Assembly: GCA_032654565.1 (NCBI GenBank)
Contig: JAULAX010000005.1
Span: forward strand, 32,001-96,000
From: Anaeromyxobacteraceae bacterium
Lineage (GTDB): Bacteria; Myxococcota; Myxococcia; Myxococcales; Anaeromyxobacteraceae
Reading direction: 5' to 3'
Length of the DNA stretch: 64,000 bases
A program made the position numbers and the translations under genes. Below the pieces are notes generated by a model. The model saw only the letters and a list, made by a program, of their open reading frames with translations, did no database searches and had not been told where the DNA came from. Below are positions 18,958 to 29,783 of this stretch, piece by piece; position 1 is the stretch's first letter; every line of letters starts with the position of its first letter.

Positions 18958-19842
18958 TCACGCCAGCGTGAGGCCGAACTTCTGCATGGCGGCGCGGACC
19001 CTGGCCAGGCTGGCCTCGGAGACCGGGGCCAGCGGCAGCCGCAGCTCCGGCCCGGCCCGCCCCAGCAGCGCCACGCCGGCCTTGACCGGCCCGGGGTTGG
19101 TCTCGACGAACATCATCCGGTTGAGCTCGGCCATGGCCACCTGCAGCTTCAGGCCGGTGGCGAAGTCGCCCTTCCGGCAGGCCACCACCAGCGCCTTCAT
19201 GGCCCGCGGGGCGACGTTGGCCACCACCGAGATGACGCCGTGGCCGCCGCAGGCGATGTAGGGGAGCACGGTGAAGTCGTCGCCGGAGAGGTAGGCCAGC
19301 CCGTCGGCGCCGCACAGCTCCACCAGCTGCACCTGGCGGTCGAGGTTGGCGGTGGCCTCCTTGATGCCGCAGATGGCGCCCGACCTGACCAGGCGGGCCA
19401 CCGTCTCCGGCAGCAGGTCGACGGCGGTGCGCGAGGGGACGTTGTAGGCCACCACCGGGAAGCGGGCCGCCTCCCAGATGGCCTGGTAGTGGCGGTAGAG
19501 CCCCTCCTGCGTCGGCTTGTTGTAGTAGGGCGTCACCACCAGCGCGGCGTCGGCCTTCAGCTCCCTGGCCGCCTTGACCCCGTCGATGGCCTCGTGCGTG
19601 GCGTTGGAGCCGGCCCCGGCGATCACCGCGGCGCGCCCCCGCACCTGCTCGACCACCGTCTTCACCACCTGGAAGCGCTCGGCCGCGGTGAGGGTGACGC
19701 TCTCGCCGGTGGTGCCGCAGGGGATGATGCCGTCGGTCCCCTCGGCGAGCTGCCACTCGCACAGGTCGCGCAGGCTCTTGTGGTCGACCGCCCCGTCCTT
19801 CATGGGGGTGACGATGGCCACCATCGATCCTTCGAGGCGCAT
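18958..19842 (-). CDS. dapA: 4-hydroxy-tetrahydrodipicolinate synthase
   Basis: [42 protein letters not shown]. Confidence 0.97.
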   Translation of the reverse strand: MRLEGSMVAIVTPMKDGAVDHKSLRDLCEWQLAEGTDGIIPCGTTGESVTLTAAERFQVVKTVVEQVRGRAAVIAGAGSNATHEAIDGVKAARELKADAALVVTPYYNKPTQEGLYRHYQAIWEAARFPVVAYNVPSRTAVDLLPETVARLVRSGAICGIKEATANLDRQVQLVELCGADGLAYLSGDDFTVLPYIACGGHGVISVVANVAPRAMKALVVACRKGDFATGLKLQVAMAELNRMMFVETNPGPVKAGVALLGRAGPELRLPLAPVSEASLARVRAAMQKFGLTLA

Positions 19843-19889
19843 GCGGAACTCCGGGTGGAGCAGGTGGGGGTGAGCCCCCCGAATCTAGC

Positions 19890-21176
19890 TCAACGGCGCC
19901 GCCGCCGGAACCGCTTCGGCGCCGGGGCCGGCAGGGCCTCGCCGCGGACCAGGTCGGGGTAGGTCTCGCGCTCCCGGGCCAGCAGGGCCCGGTCGCCGTC
20001 CACCAGCACCTCGGCGGCGCGCGGCCGCGAGTTGTAGTTGGAGGACATGCTGAAGCCGTAGGCCCCGGCGGTCCGCACGCAGAGCAGGTCCCCCTCGGCG
20101 GGCAGCACCAGCTTGCGGTTGCGGGCCAGGAAGTCGCCCGACTCGCAGACCGGGCCGACCACGTCGCAGGTGACGGCGCGGGCGCCGCGGGGCGGCGTCG
20201 TCACCGGCTCGATCTGGTGCCAGGCGTCGTAGAAGGCGGGGCGCACCAGGTCGTTCATGGCGGCGTCCACCACCACGAAGGTCTTGCGACCGCTCCGCTT
20301 CACCTGGATGACCCGGGTGAGCAGGACGCCGGCGTTCCCCACCAGCACCCGCCCCGGCTCGAGGTGCACCTCGCCCTCCCAGCCGGCCAGCGCCCGGGTG
20401 ATGGCGGCGCCGTACTCGGCCGGCGACGGGGGGACCTCGTCACGGTAGGTGACGCCCAGCCCGCCGCCCACGTCGAGGTGGCGCAGCCGGATCCCGGCGC
20501 CGGCCAGGTCGGCGGCCAGCGCCCGCACCCGCTTGACGGCGTCGACGAAGGGGCGCAGCGAGGTGATCTGCGAGCCGATGTGGCAGGCCACGCCGCGGAC
20601 GTCGAGGTGCGGGTCCTTCACCGCCGCCAGGTAGAGCCGCCGGGCCTCGGCCACCGGGATCCCGAACTTGGACTCGCGCAGGCCGGTGGCGATGTAGGGG
20701 TGGGTCTTCGGGTCGACGTCGGGGTTGACCCGCAGGGCGATGGGGGCGCGGAGCTTGAGCCGCCGCGCCACCGCCGAGAGCCGCGCCAGCTCGCCGGCGC
20801 TCTCCACGTTGATGGTGCCGACGCCGGCGTCGAGGGCGAAGGCCAGCTCGTCGTCGCGCTTGCCGACGCCGCTGAAGACCACCCGGCCCGGGTGGCCGCC
20901 GGCCTTGAGCACCCGGTAGAGCTCGCCCCCGGAGACGATGTCGAAGCCGGCGCCGAGCCGGGCGAAGTGGGCCAGCACCGCCAGGTTGGAGTTGGCCTTG
21001 ACGGCGTAGCAGACCAGGGCGTCGAGGCCGCGCAGCGAGCCCTTCAGCACCTTCCAGTGCCGGTTCAGGGTCGCCGACGAGTAGACGTAGAGCGGCGTGC
21101 CGTGGGCCTCGGCGAGGGCGGCCAGCGGGATGCGCTCGGCGTGGAGCTGGCCGCGGCGCGGCTGGAAGTGGTTCAC
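19890..21176 (-). CDS. lysA: Diaminopimelate decarboxylase
   Basis: [50 protein letters not shown]. Confidence 0.97.
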   Translation of the reverse strand: MNHFQPRRGQLHAERIPLAALAEAHGTPLYVYSSATLNRHWKVLKGSLRGLDALVCYAVKANSNLAVLAHFARLGAGFDIVSGGELYRVLKAGGHPGRVVFSGVGKRDDELAFALDAGVGTINVESAGELARLSAVARRLKLRAPIALRVNPDVDPKTHPYIATGLRESKFGIPVAEARRLYLAAVKDPHLDVRGVACHIGSQITSLRPFVDAVKRVRALAADLAGAGIRLRHLDVGGGLGVTYRDEVPPSPAEYGAAITRALAGWEGEVHLEPGRVLVGNAGVLLTRVIQVKRSGRKTFVVVDAAMNDLVRPAFYDAWHQIEPVTTPPRGARAVTCDVVGPVCESGDFLARNRKLVLPAEGDLLCVRTAGAYGFSMSSNYNSRPRAAEVLVDGDRALLARERETYPDLVRGEALPAPAPKRFRRRRR

Positions 21177-21355
21177 CGGGGGGGCTCCTCGGCCGGGACC
21201 ACGATCCGGTTGGGGTCCTCGGCCGGCCTGAAGAGGTCGTTCGGCGGCGACTGGGCCGAGGCGCCGGAGGCCCGCGGCGGCGCCTTGACGCCGCAGCCGC
21301 CCAGCCAGGCCGGCAGCAGCGCCAGCAGCAGCCCGGCGGCCGCCGCCCGGCTCAC
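21173..21355 (-). CDS. Small lipoprotein (LppL/LptM/YifL-like)
   Basis: GTG overlaps the argH stop. [27 protein letters not shown] resembles the CG.KG/AP lipobox motif. Sits in the known argH-lipoprotein-lysA arrangement. Confidence 0.7.
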   Translation of the reverse strand: MSRAAAAGLLLALLPAWLGGCGVKAPPRASGASAQSPPNDLFRPAEDPNRIVVPAEEPPR

Positions 21356-22752
21356 CGGCCCATCCCCAGGGCCCGCTCCCAGCGGCGCAGCTCGCCGGCC
21401 ACGGCCTTCGGCCCCGGGGCGCCGGGCAGCTCGCGGCGGGAGAGCGAGCGGCGGGCGTCGAAGCAGCGGAGCACGTCGGCCTCGAAGCGCCGGTGGACGG
21501 AGCGCCACTCGGCGGCGTCGAGCGCGGCCAGCGGCTTCTTCAGCCGGGCGGCCAGCTTGGCCGCCGCCCCCACCGCCTCGTGGGCCTCGCGGAAGGGCAC
21601 CCCCCGGTCCACCAGGTACTCGGCGGCGTCGGTGGCCAGCGCCTCGCCGCCGCCCAGCGCCTCCTCCATGCGGCCGGCGTGGAAGGTGGCGGTCTCCACG
21701 GCGCCGGCCAGCGCGTCGGTGGTCAGCGCCAGCGCCTCCGGCCCGGAGAGCAGCGGCCGCTTGTCCTCCTGCAGGTCGCGGTTGTAGCTGAGCGGCAGGT
21801 TCTTGACGATGGAGAGCAGCGTCACCAGGTCGCCGATGGCGCGCCCGGCCCGGCCGCGGGCCAGCTCGCCGACGTCCGGGTTCTTCTTCTGCGGCATCAG
21901 CGAGGAGCCGGTGGCGAAGGCGTCGTCGAGCGTCATGAAGCCGAACTCGCGGGTGGTCCAGAGCACGATCTCCTCGCCCAGCCGGGAGAGGTGCACGGCG
22001 GCCAGCGCCACCGCGAAGAGCAGCTCGATGGCGCTGTCGCGATCGCTGACGGCGTCGAGCGAGTTGCGGGTGACGCCGGTGAGGCCGAGCGCCTCGGCCA
22101 CCGCCTCGCGGTCGAGCTTCAGGGTGGTGCCGGCCAGCGCCCCGGAGCCGAGCGGCGAGACGGCGGCCCGGGTCCGCACCTCGGCGAGCCGCTGCCGGTC
22201 CCGCCCCAGCATCTCCACGTAGGCCAGCAGGTGGTGGGCCAGCGAGACCGGCTGGGCCCGCTGCAGGTGGGTGTAGCCGGGGAGGATGGTCCGCTGGTGG
22301 CGGCGGGCCTGGCCGCAGAGGGCCCGCTGCAGGCGCCCCAGCGCGGCGTCGGTCCGGTCGCAGGCGCCGACGATGAAGAGCCGCTCGTCGAGCGCCACCT
22401 GGTCGTTGCGGCTGCGCCCGGCGTGCAGGTAGCCGGCGTCGGCGCCGGTCAGCTCCCCGAGGCGGCGCTCCACGTGGGTGTGGACGTCCTCGAGGGCCGG
22501 GTCGAGCCGGATCTTCCCGGCGGCGAACTCGGCCTTCACCTGGTCGAGCGCCCGCACCAGCCGCCGGGCCACCGCGGCCGGGACGATCCCCTGGGCGGCC
22601 AGCATGGTGACGTGGGCCTGGGAGCCGCGGATGTCCTCGGCGTAGAGGGCCCCGTCGTCCTGGATGGAGACCGAGAGGGCCACCAGCCGCGGGTCGGCCT
22701 CGCCGGAGAGCGCGGCGCGGGAGACCGGCTTCGCCTTGTTCTTGCGGGTCAT
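21352..22752 (-). CDS. argH: Argininosuccinate lyase
   Basis: [46 protein letters not shown]. Confidence 0.97.
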   Translation of the reverse strand: MTRKNKAKPVSRAALSGEADPRLVALSVSIQDDGALYAEDIRGSQAHVTMLAAQGIVPAAVARRLVRALDQVKAEFAAGKIRLDPALEDVHTHVERRLGELTGADAGYLHAGRSRNDQVALDERLFIVGACDRTDAALGRLQRALCGQARRHQRTILPGYTHLQRAQPVSLAHHLLAYVEMLGRDRQRLAEVRTRAAVSPLGSGALAGTTLKLDREAVAEALGLTGVTRNSLDAVSDRDSAIELLFAVALAAVHLSRLGEEIVLWTTREFGFMTLDDAFATGSSLMPQKKNPDVGELARGRAGRAIGDLVTLLSIVKNLPLSYNRDLQEDKRPLLSGPEALALTTDALAGAVETATFHAGRMEEALGGGEALATDAAEYLVDRGVPFREAHEAVGAAAKLAARLKKPLAALDAAEWRSVHRRFEADVLRCFDARRSLSRRELPGAPGPKAVAGELRRWERALGMGR

Positions 22753-22805
22753 CTCGACCGTCGACGCTACCACGGCCCGACCCGGCCGGCGGTGACCTCG
22801 CCGCG

Positions 22806-24692
22806 CTAGAAGCGGGCCGCCAGGCCGAAGCGGAGCGTCCAGGCCCGCGAGGTGGCGCCGGCGCCGTCGAAGGCGGCCAGCGGCTGGAAGACACCGGCCG
22901 CGCCCCAGGTGGAGAAGCCCTCGTCGCTGGTGAGCGAGAACTTGGTGTCGAGCTCCACGCCCAGCATGGTGCTGCCCCCGCTGCCGTTGACCGGCGAGGC
23001 GGCCGGGGACGACGACGCGGTGAGCGACTGGGAGAAGACGGCGGCCAGGTCCCAGGCCAGGCCGCCGACGATGTCGACGCGCAGGCTCGGCTTGGCGTAC
23101 CAGGCGTCGGTCACCTGCCCCATGATGTCGCGCCAGAAGATCAGGTCGGGGCGGTAGCCGGGGTTGAAGCGGAAGTTGCGGATGGCGTGGTCGCCGGTGG
23201 AGAGGTTGTACTGGGTCCCCTCGAAGACCGCCTGGTACGGCGCCTTGGTCTGGTCGGTGTTGGCCATCCAGGGGCGGTTGCCGTAGCCGGGGGCGCTGTC
23301 TCCGGAGGCGATGCCCAGCTCCAGCCCCACCGTCACCTTGTTGGGGACGGCCTGGTAGCTGGTGCGGAAGGCGGCGCCGAACTGGCGGAGCAGGATGGGC
23401 AGCTCCTTGCCGTAGAGCGGCCGGGCGGTGTCCCCCGAGCCGTAGGCGCTGTCCAGCGTCGGGTTGTTGACGTGGCCGTACAGGTAGGTCCCCTCCAGCT
23501 CGGCGGAGAAGCGGGGCGAGCGGAAGCGGAGCCAGAGGTCGACCTGGTGGTCGTACTCGCCGCGACGGACCTCCTCGTCGGCGGTCGCGGTGCCGGCGGC
23601 CGGGCTGGCGTCGAGGGGGAAGGTGTCGGTGGCGTTCCTGAAGACGCTGGCCAGGGTGGTGTACTCGTAGAAGGCCCCGTAGTTGAAGCTGGACTCGCCG
23701 CGCTCCAGCTTGCGCCGCAGCTCGTCGGCGGTGTCGAGCTTCAGCACCTTGAGCCCCAGCACCCGCCCGCTGCCCGCCGACTCCGGGCTGAAGGGCTGGC
23801 CGGAGCCGACCCCGGCCAGCGAGGTCTTCGACCAGCGCGGGTCACCGAGCAGCGGCCCGTTGGCGAAGAAGTCGAGGTAGGGGACGAAGGTGAGGTTCCC
23901 GAGGACGGTCCCCACCGGCATGGTGGCGAACTGGAGCCGGTCGACGATGGTGCCGAAGTCGTCGTCGAGCCCGTCCTGGGCCGGGGCCACGATGCCCAGC
24001 CCCCAGACCGACGGCATGCGGCCGAAGGAGAGCAGCCCCACCGGCGTCTCCACCTCGCCCCAGGCCAGCTTGAGGTTGAGGACCGGCCGATCGGTCAAGG
24101 TCGCGCCGCTGGTGCTGGAGTGGCTGACGAAGACGCCCCCGCCGCCGGTGGCATAGGCGTCGAGCGGGCGGGAGCCGAGCACGTAGTTGTCGAAGAGATC
24201 GGCCTCGATCCGCACCCGCACCCGCTCCGAGACGTTGAAGGTGGGCAGCAGCCTCAGCCGCATGTTGGCGCTGTTCATGGTGCTGCGCGGGTTGGCCAGG
24301 CCGCCGAGGTTCCCGGGGAGCGTCGGCCCCGGGTAGATGTAGTTGCCGGGGGTGCCGCCGGCGGTGGTCATGGCGCCCCCGGCGTTGTCGGCCGGGCGGT
24401 GCAGGTCGTAGGCGTCGCGCATCTCGCCGCGCAGGCGGAAGTACCCGTCGATCTCGATGAACTGGAGCTTCGGCCCGGTGGCGGTGACGCCGGCGAACTC
24501 GGCGGTGGCCTGGGCGGTCTGCAGCTCCAGGCGGACCTCCTCGCGCACCTCCTGCTTGGCCTTGTCGACGGCCTGCCGGATCATCGCCTCCACCCTGGGG
24601 TCGACCGGCGCGTCCTTCTTCGGCTCTTCGGCGAGCGCGCTGAAGGAGAGCAGCAGGGCCGCGAGCGCGGCGATGGCACGGGAGCGGGACAT
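22806..24692 (-). CDS. Myxobacterial outer-membrane beta-barrel protein (TIGR04551-like)
   Basis: Signal peptide, [50 protein letters not shown], terminal Phe. Confidence 0.75.
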   Translation of the reverse strand: MSRSRAIAALAALLLSFSALAEEPKKDAPVDPRVEAMIRQAVDKAKQEVREEVRLELQTAQATAEFAGVTATGPKLQFIEIDGYFRLRGEMRDAYDLHRPADNAGGAMTTAGGTPGNYIYPGPTLPGNLGGLANPRSTMNSANMRLRLLPTFNVSERVRVRIEADLFDNYVLGSRPLDAYATGGGGVFVSHSSTSGATLTDRPVLNLKLAWGEVETPVGLLSFGRMPSVWGLGIVAPAQDGLDDDFGTIVDRLQFATMPVGTVLGNLTFVPYLDFFANGPLLGDPRWSKTSLAGVGSGQPFSPESAGSGRVLGLKVLKLDTADELRRKLERGESSFNYGAFYEYTTLASVFRNATDTFPLDASPAAGTATADEEVRRGEYDHQVDLWLRFRSPRFSAELEGTYLYGHVNNPTLDSAYGSGDTARPLYGKELPILLRQFGAAFRTSYQAVPNKVTVGLELGIASGDSAPGYGNRPWMANTDQTKAPYQAVFEGTQYNLSTGDHAIRNFRFNPGYRPDLIFWRDIMGQVTDAWYAKPSLRVDIVGGLAWDLAAVFSQSLTASSSPAASPVNGSGGSTMLGVELDTKFSLTSDEGFSTWGAAGVFQPLAAFDGAGATSRAWTLRFGLAARF

Positions 24693-24815
24693 GGAAACCT
24701 CTCGGGTGGTGGCGGAAACGGGTCCATACATCACGGCCCCCCGAGTACGGTCAAGGAGGTCCGGTCGCCGCCGGGCGCCCCGGGGACGGCCTGCCACCCC
24801 CGGGGGAGCCGATGG

Positions 24816-25211
24816 TCAACTCTGCTTCAACTCGACGAGCACCCCGCGGCTTCCCCGGGGGTGCACGAAAGCCACCTTCGACCCGCCCGCCCCGGCCCGC
24901 GGGACCTTGTCGAGCAGCGGCGCGCCGCTGGCCTGGAGGGCGTCCATGGCCGCCTGGATGTCGGGGACGGCCAGGCAGACGTGGTGCAGCCCCTCTCCCT
25001 TCTCCTTGATCCGCTTGGCCAGCGGGCTCTCCGGATCGGTGGGGCAGACCAGCTCCACCCTCCCCAGGCCGTGGCCGAAGATGGCGACGCGGACCTTCTC
25101 CGACGGCACCTCCTCGATCTCGTCGAGGTGGAGGCCGTAGACGTCGCGGTAGAGCTTCACCGCGGCGTCGAGGTCGGAGACGAGGATGGCGACGTGATCG
25201 AAGCCGGTCAT
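24816..25211 (-). CDS. mce: Methylmalonyl-CoA epimerase (VOC family)
   Basis: DHVAILV, EKVRVA, GEGLHHVCL.V.DI, AFVHPR..GVLVEL. Confidence 0.9.
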   Translation of the reverse strand: MTGFDHVAILVSDLDAAVKLYRDVYGLHLDEIEEVPSEKVRVAIFGHGLGRVELVCPTDPESPLAKRIKEKGEGLHHVCLAVPDIQAAMDALQASGAPLLDKVPRAGAGGSKVAFVHPRGSRGVLVELKQS

Positions 25212-25248
25212 GTGGATCCTTGGGGGCGGCGGTGGGCGGGGGACGGCG

Positions 25249-26775
25249 TCAGGGCTCCGGCTTCACCTCGACGCTCTCGACGCGGAGCGCGCCGAGCAGG
25301 CCGATGGCGTCGACCTGGGTGCCGGTGCCGAGGGCGATGTGGGTGGCGTCGGCCACCGGCTGGCCGAAGGTGGGGTCGATGGCGATCCACTCGCCGGCCG
25401 AGAGCACCTCGGCCCAGGCGTGCCAGTAGAGGGCGTCCTTGCCGTCGGCGTAGCGGGCGTAGACCAGGCCGTGGACCTGCCGCGCCGGGATCTCCAGGGC
25501 CCGGGCCAGGGCCACCAGCAGCACCGAGTGCTCGGTGCAGTCCCCCTTGCCGGCGGCGAGCACGTCGCTGGCCCGGTCGTTGGAGGCCCCGTAGGCCTTC
25601 TCCAGCCGGCGGTTGACGGTCTCGGAGAGGCGCAGGGCGGCGGCGTACCGGCCCTTGACGTCGCCGGCCACCTCGGCGGCCAGCGCCGCCACCGCCGGGG
25701 CGTCGGAGTCGACGCTGGGGGTGGGCGCCACCAGCTCGGGGTCGGGGCTGGGCGTGGTCCGGGGGGTGTCGCGGGCGGCGGCGGCGGCGGCCGGGAGCCG
25801 GGCCTTGACGGTGAGCAGCGTGGTGCCGCCGGGACCGACGGTGAAGCCCTGGCGGGCGTCGGGGCGGCGGAAGCTCTCCGGCAGCCCGGCCAGCCGGTAG
25901 GTCACCGTGGCCGGCACCGTCCTCGGCAGCGGGCTGGGGAGCGCCACCCGCGACATGGCGAAGAGGTCGATGGCCTCCAGCTTGCGGGCCGACTCCGGGC
26001 TCTCGGGGCGGGCCACGATCGAGCCGCCGATGCGGATCTCCACCACCCGGCCGTCGTCGGCCACCCGGTACTCGGTGGCCAGGCGGTCGCCGACCTCGGC
26101 CTCCGCCACCACCGAGATCTCGGCCTCGACGCCGGCGCCGGCCACCCGCTCCCGGCTCACGAAGCGCTGCTCCAGGTCGCGCACCCGCAGCTTCTCGAGA
26201 TCGAGCTGCGGGCCGCGCACCACCCCGCGCCGGGCCGCCGCCAGCCGCACCCCCTCGGCCTGGTCGAGGGTCTCGGCCACCTGGCCCAGGGGGCGCTCCT
26301 GCGCGGGGCCGGCGCCGGAGACCAGCCGCGCCGTGCAGCCCGAGGGGGCGCAGCGGCCGGTGACGGTCCGGTCGCCGCCGTCGCCGAACCACTCGGCGCG
26401 GAAGGAGAGGAGCCGGCCGGCGGGCCGGGCCTCGTAGACCCGCTGCTCGACCACCTTGCGGGAGACGGTTGTGTCGCCCACGGTGGCCGACAGCAGCGTC
26501 TCGCTGGTGGCCACCATGACGTCGCGGCCGTCGCGCGGCTCGCGCTTCAGCTCGGCGCGGGTCCAGCCGGCCTTCTTGCCCATCAGGTAGAGGCCGAACC
26601 ACTCCGGCCCGGCGGGGCGGCGCAGCGCCAGGGCGTCGATGGCCGCGGGGCTGGCGGCCCGGGTCCCCGGCAGCGTCGGGCCGGCCACCTGGGGGGCGTG
26701 CTGGCTGGCCGCCTCGGGGCAGGCGAGGAGCCCCACGGCGAGGCCGAGGGCGGCGGCGAGGCGGGAGGCGCGCAT
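25249..26775 (-). CDS. Secreted transglutaminase-like domain protein
   Basis: Signal peptide. Catalytic triad motifs GDCTEH, HAWAEV and IDPT. Confidence 0.85.
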   Translation of the reverse strand: MRASRLAAALGLAVGLLACPEAASQHAPQVAGPTLPGTRAASPAAIDALALRRPAGPEWFGLYLMGKKAGWTRAELKREPRDGRDVMVATSETLLSATVGDTTVSRKVVEQRVYEARPAGRLLSFRAEWFGDGGDRTVTGRCAPSGCTARLVSGAGPAQERPLGQVAETLDQAEGVRLAAARRGVVRGPQLDLEKLRVRDLEQRFVSRERVAGAGVEAEISVVAEAEVGDRLATEYRVADDGRVVEIRIGGSIVARPESPESARKLEAIDLFAMSRVALPSPLPRTVPATVTYRLAGLPESFRRPDARQGFTVGPGGTTLLTVKARLPAAAAAARDTPRTTPSPDPELVAPTPSVDSDAPAVAALAAEVAGDVKGRYAAALRLSETVNRRLEKAYGASNDRASDVLAAGKGDCTEHSVLLVALARALEIPARQVHGLVYARYADGKDALYWHAWAEVLSAGEWIAIDPTFGQPVADATHIALGTGTQVDAIGLLGALRVESVEVKPEP

Positions 26776-26833
26776 GGCCCTTTTGTACCAAAAACTGGCC
26801 GTGGGCGAGACCCTCGCTGAGGATCGCCGGGAC

Positions 26834-27421
26834 ATGGGCCTGGTCTGGACCTTCCTCGTCGTCGCCGCGGTGGTCACCGCCGCCTTCACCGGCTCGGTGG
26901 CGGCGCTGACCGGCGCCATCGCCGAGTCGGCCGGCAAGGCGGTGACGGTCTCGCTCGGCCTGGTCGGGGTGCTGACGCTCTGGCTCGGCCTGATGCGGGT
27001 GGCCGAGCAGGCCGGGCTGGTCGCCCAGGTGGCTCGCCTGGTCCGGCCGCTGATGCGGCGGCTCTTCCCCGAGGTGCCCGCCGATCACCCGGCGCTCGGC
27101 TCGATGGTGCTCAACCTCTCGGCCAACCTGCTCGGCCTCGGCAACGCCGCCACCCCGTTCGGCGTGCGGGCCATGCAGGAGCTGGAGACGCTCAACCCGC
27201 GCCCCGGGGTGGCCACCGACGCCCAGGCCCTCTTCGCCGCCATGAACACCGCCTCGCTGCAGCTGGTCCCGGCCACCGTCATCGCCCTGCGTGCCGGGGC
27301 CGGCTCGCGGGCCCCCGCCGAGATCCTCGGCGCCACGCTGGTGGCCAGCGCCTGCGGGGTGGTGGTGGCGGTGGTGGTGGCCAAGCTGCTGGCCCGGCTC
27401 CGCATCGGTGACTCGCCGTGA
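26834..27421 (+). CDS. spmA: Spore maturation protein A-like membrane protein (nucleoside-recognition Gate domain)
   Basis: LWLGLM, LFPEVP.DHPA, NLSANLLGLGNAATPFG. Confidence 0.9.
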   Translation: MGLVWTFLVVAAVVTAAFTGSVAALTGAIAESAGKAVTVSLGLVGVLTLWLGLMRVAEQAGLVAQVARLVRPLMRRLFPEVPADHPALGSMVLNLSANLLGLGNAATPFGVRAMQELETLNPRPGVATDAQALFAAMNTASLQLVPATVIALRAGAGSRAPAEILGATLVASACGVVVAVVVAKLLARLRIGDSP

Positions 27422-27954
27422 AGCTGATCCTCGACACCCTCTCGACCTGGGCGGTGCCGCTGCTGGTGGCCGGCATCCCGCTCTACGCCCTGACCCGCAA
27501 GGTGGACGTCTACGCCGCCTTCCTGGAGGGGGCCAAGGCCGGCTTCGAGACCGGGGTGCGGATCGTGCCGCCGCTGGTGGCGGTGCTGGTGGCGCTGGGG
27601 ATGCTGCGGGCCTCGGGGGCGCTCGACGCCGCGGCCCGGGCCCTGGCGCCGCTGCTCGGGCCCATCGGCCTGCCGGCCAGCGTGCTGCCGCTGGTGGTGA
27701 TCCGGCCGCTCTCCGGCGGGGCGGCGCTGGGCGTGGTCGGCGACGTGCTGCGCAGCGAGGGGCCGGACTCCTACGCCGGCCGCCTGGTCTCGGTGATGTG
27801 CGGCTCCACCGAGACCACCTTCTACGTGCTGGCGGTCTACTTCGGCGCCGCCGGGATCACCCGCTACCGGCACGCCCTGCCGGCCGCGCTGCTGGCGGAT
27901 CTGGCCGGCATGACCACCGCGGTGGTGGTGGTGCGGCTGCTCTTCGGCGGGTAG
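27418..27954 (+). CDS. spmB: Spore maturation protein B-like membrane protein
   Basis: VY..FLEGAK.GF, RPLSG, STETTFYVLAVYFG. Confidence 0.9.
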   Translation: MKLILDTLSTWAVPLLVAGIPLYALTRKVDVYAAFLEGAKAGFETGVRIVPPLVAVLVALGMLRASGALDAAARALAPLLGPIGLPASVLPLVVIRPLSGGAALGVVGDVLRSEGPDSYAGRLVSVMCGSTETTFYVLAVYFGAAGITRYRHALPAALLADLAGMTTAVVVVRLLFGG

Positions 27955-27962
27955 TCGAGCGC

Positions 27963-29237
27963 CTACCTGACCGGATCGAAGGTGCCGGAGGCGCGCAGCA
28001 CGCGCACCGCCGCCAGCTGGGCCTGCAGGGTCTCGGTGGTCAGCTGGATCTCGGCGTTGCGCAGCGAGGAGGTGGCGTCGGCCTGCTCCACCGCGGTGGC
28101 GGCGCCGGCCTTGAAGGAGACGTCCACCAGCCGCTGGTTCTCGGCGGCCAGCTCGCGCTGCTCCCTGGCCTTGGTGGCGTTGGCGCGCGCCGACTCGAGG
28201 TCGAGCAGGGCGCTGCGCACCTCGGCCCGGGCCCGGTTCTCCAGGGCCCGGCGGGTGTACTCGGCCTCGGCGATCTTGGCGCTGGTGTCGCGCAGCTCGG
28301 CCTCGCGCAGGCCGCCGTCGAGGATGGTCCAGGTGAAGGAGAGCCCCACCGCGGTGGCCTGCGTCTGCCCCGTCAGGCCGGCCGGCTCGGTGTAGCTGTA
28401 GCGGCCGAACGCCGCGATGACCGGGAGGTAGCGCATGGCGGCCACCCGGCGCAGCGACAGGGAGGCGTCCTCGGCGCTGCGGGCCGCCTTGACGTCGAGC
28501 CGCTTCTCCAGCGCCGCCTGCTCCAGCGCGCTGGTGTCGGCCGGCAGGACCGGCTCGGCCGGCTCCACCACCTCGAAGTCGGGCTGGCGGTCGAGCAGGA
28601 CCGAGAGGGCCAGCCGGGCCGACTGGTAGCTGTTCCTGGCCTTGAGCAGGTCCTGCTCGGCGCGCGCGAAGTCGATGTCGGCGCGCAGCTTGGCCACCTT
28701 GGCGATGGTGCCGGCCTTGTAGCGGACGGCGGCGTCCTTGGACTGGCGCTCGGCGATCTCCTGGAGCTGCTGCGAGACCTCGACCAGCCGCTTCAGCGAC
28801 GCCACCCCGTAGTAGGCCTGGGCCACGCCGAAGAGCATCTCGCGGCGGGCGTTCTCGACGGTGTAGGTGGCGGCGTCCTCGGCCCGGTAGGCGCCCTGGA
28901 TGGCGAACCAGAGCTGCGGCGCCAGCAGCACCTGGGTGGCCTGCACCTGGGCGCCGCTCTGCTCCCACGGCTGCAGGGTGACGAAGCCCCCCGGGGCCCC
29001 GGCGAAGGGAAGCTTCACCTTGGCGTCGTTGAAGGTGTAGCTCCCGGCGGCCCCGATCTGCAGCAGGTGACCGCTCCAGGCCTTCCAGACGTTGGCCTTG
29101 GCCTGGGTCACCTTGGCCTGGGCCGCCTTGAGGTCGAGGTTGGCCTCGTCGGCCCGCTTCAGCGCGGCCTCGAGGGTCAGGGTCTGCGGGGCCTGCGCCA
29201 GCGAGAGCGCCAGCAGGGCCGTGGTCAGGGTCGTCAT
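27963..29237 (-). CDS. TolC-family outer membrane efflux protein
   Basis: Signal peptide, LTLEAALKRA..N, two OEP repeats (VAQAYYG..., RYKAG; FKAGAAT.VE). Confidence 0.88.
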   Translation of the reverse strand: MTTLTTALLALSLAQAPQTLTLEAALKRADEANLDLKAAQAKVTQAKANVWKAWSGHLLQIGAAGSYTFNDAKVKLPFAGAPGGFVTLQPWEQSGAQVQATQVLLAPQLWFAIQGAYRAEDAATYTVENARREMLFGVAQAYYGVASLKRLVEVSQQLQEIAERQSKDAAVRYKAGTIAKVAKLRADIDFARAEQDLLKARNSYQSARLALSVLLDRQPDFEVVEPAEPVLPADTSALEQAALEKRLDVKAARSAEDASLSLRRVAAMRYLPVIAAFGRYSYTEPAGLTGQTQATAVGLSFTWTILDGGLREAELRDTSAKIAEAEYTRRALENRARAEVRSALLDLESARANATKAREQRELAAENQRLVDVSFKAGAATAVEQADATSSLRNAEIQLTTETLQAQLAAVRVLRASGTFDPVR

Positions 29238-29725
29238 GGGTTCTGCTCCTCGGTGATGGCCGTCAGCTTGCCGATGATTCGAAAGAGATCCCGCCGATCG
29301 CCGGCGTCGAGCCGGCCCATCAGCCAGGTGAGCTTCTCCAGCACCCCGGCGTCGAGGCGCCGGGCCAGCCGGGCACCGGGCGCGGTCAGCTTGACCCGCA
29401 CCACCCGGCGATCGGCCGGATCGCGGAGCCGCTGCACCAGCCCGTCCCGCTCCAGCCGGTCCACCAGCCCGGTGGTGGTCTTCTCGGAGACCGCCACCCG
29501 CCGGGCCAGGTCACCCATGGTGAGCGGCCCCTCGTGGCCGAGCGAGAGCAGGGTGTGGACCTGCGGCGCCGACAGCTCCAGCTCGGCGCAGGTGGCCGAG
29601 ATGGGGTCGCGCAGCGAGCGGTGGCGCATCAGCTCCACCAGCATGCCGTGGAGCCGCCGGGCGTCGCCGCCGGGGCCGCCGGGGCGCCCGCCCGCCAGAT
29701 GCCCGCTCTCGGAGATAGTCCGCAT
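29234..29725 (-). CDS. MarR-family transcriptional regulator
   Basis: LSAPQ, TMGDLA, TTGLVDRLE.DGLV.R..D..DRRVV.V.LT..G. Confidence 0.9.
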   Translation of the reverse strand: MRTISESGHLAGGRPGGPGGDARRLHGMLVELMRHRSLRDPISATCAELELSAPQVHTLLSLGHEGPLTMGDLARRVAVSEKTTTGLVDRLERDGLVQRLRDPADRRVVRVKLTAPGARLARRLDAGVLEKLTWLMGRLDAGDRRDLFRIIGKLTAITEEQNP

Positions 29726-29763
29726 TGCGGAGTACCCGTAGTCGCCCGGGGCGGCCCTGTCAA
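29716..29763 (-). promoter_or_regulatory. sigma70-type promoter (TTGACA-N17-TACGGG) with a 19-bp palindromic operator over the marR start
   Basis: Perfect -35 TTGACA at 29763-29758 (minus strand), weak -10. Inverted repeat TAGTCCGCA-T-TGCGGAGTA at 29716-29734 (8/9 match). Confidence 0.6.
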
Positions 29764-29783
29764 GCCAAAGCGGCTCCGCCCTG

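Noticed and set aside
26834..27954. spmAB as evidence of endospore formation
   Set aside because: SpmA/B homologues are widespread in non-sporulating bacteria, and no other sporulation genes are present.
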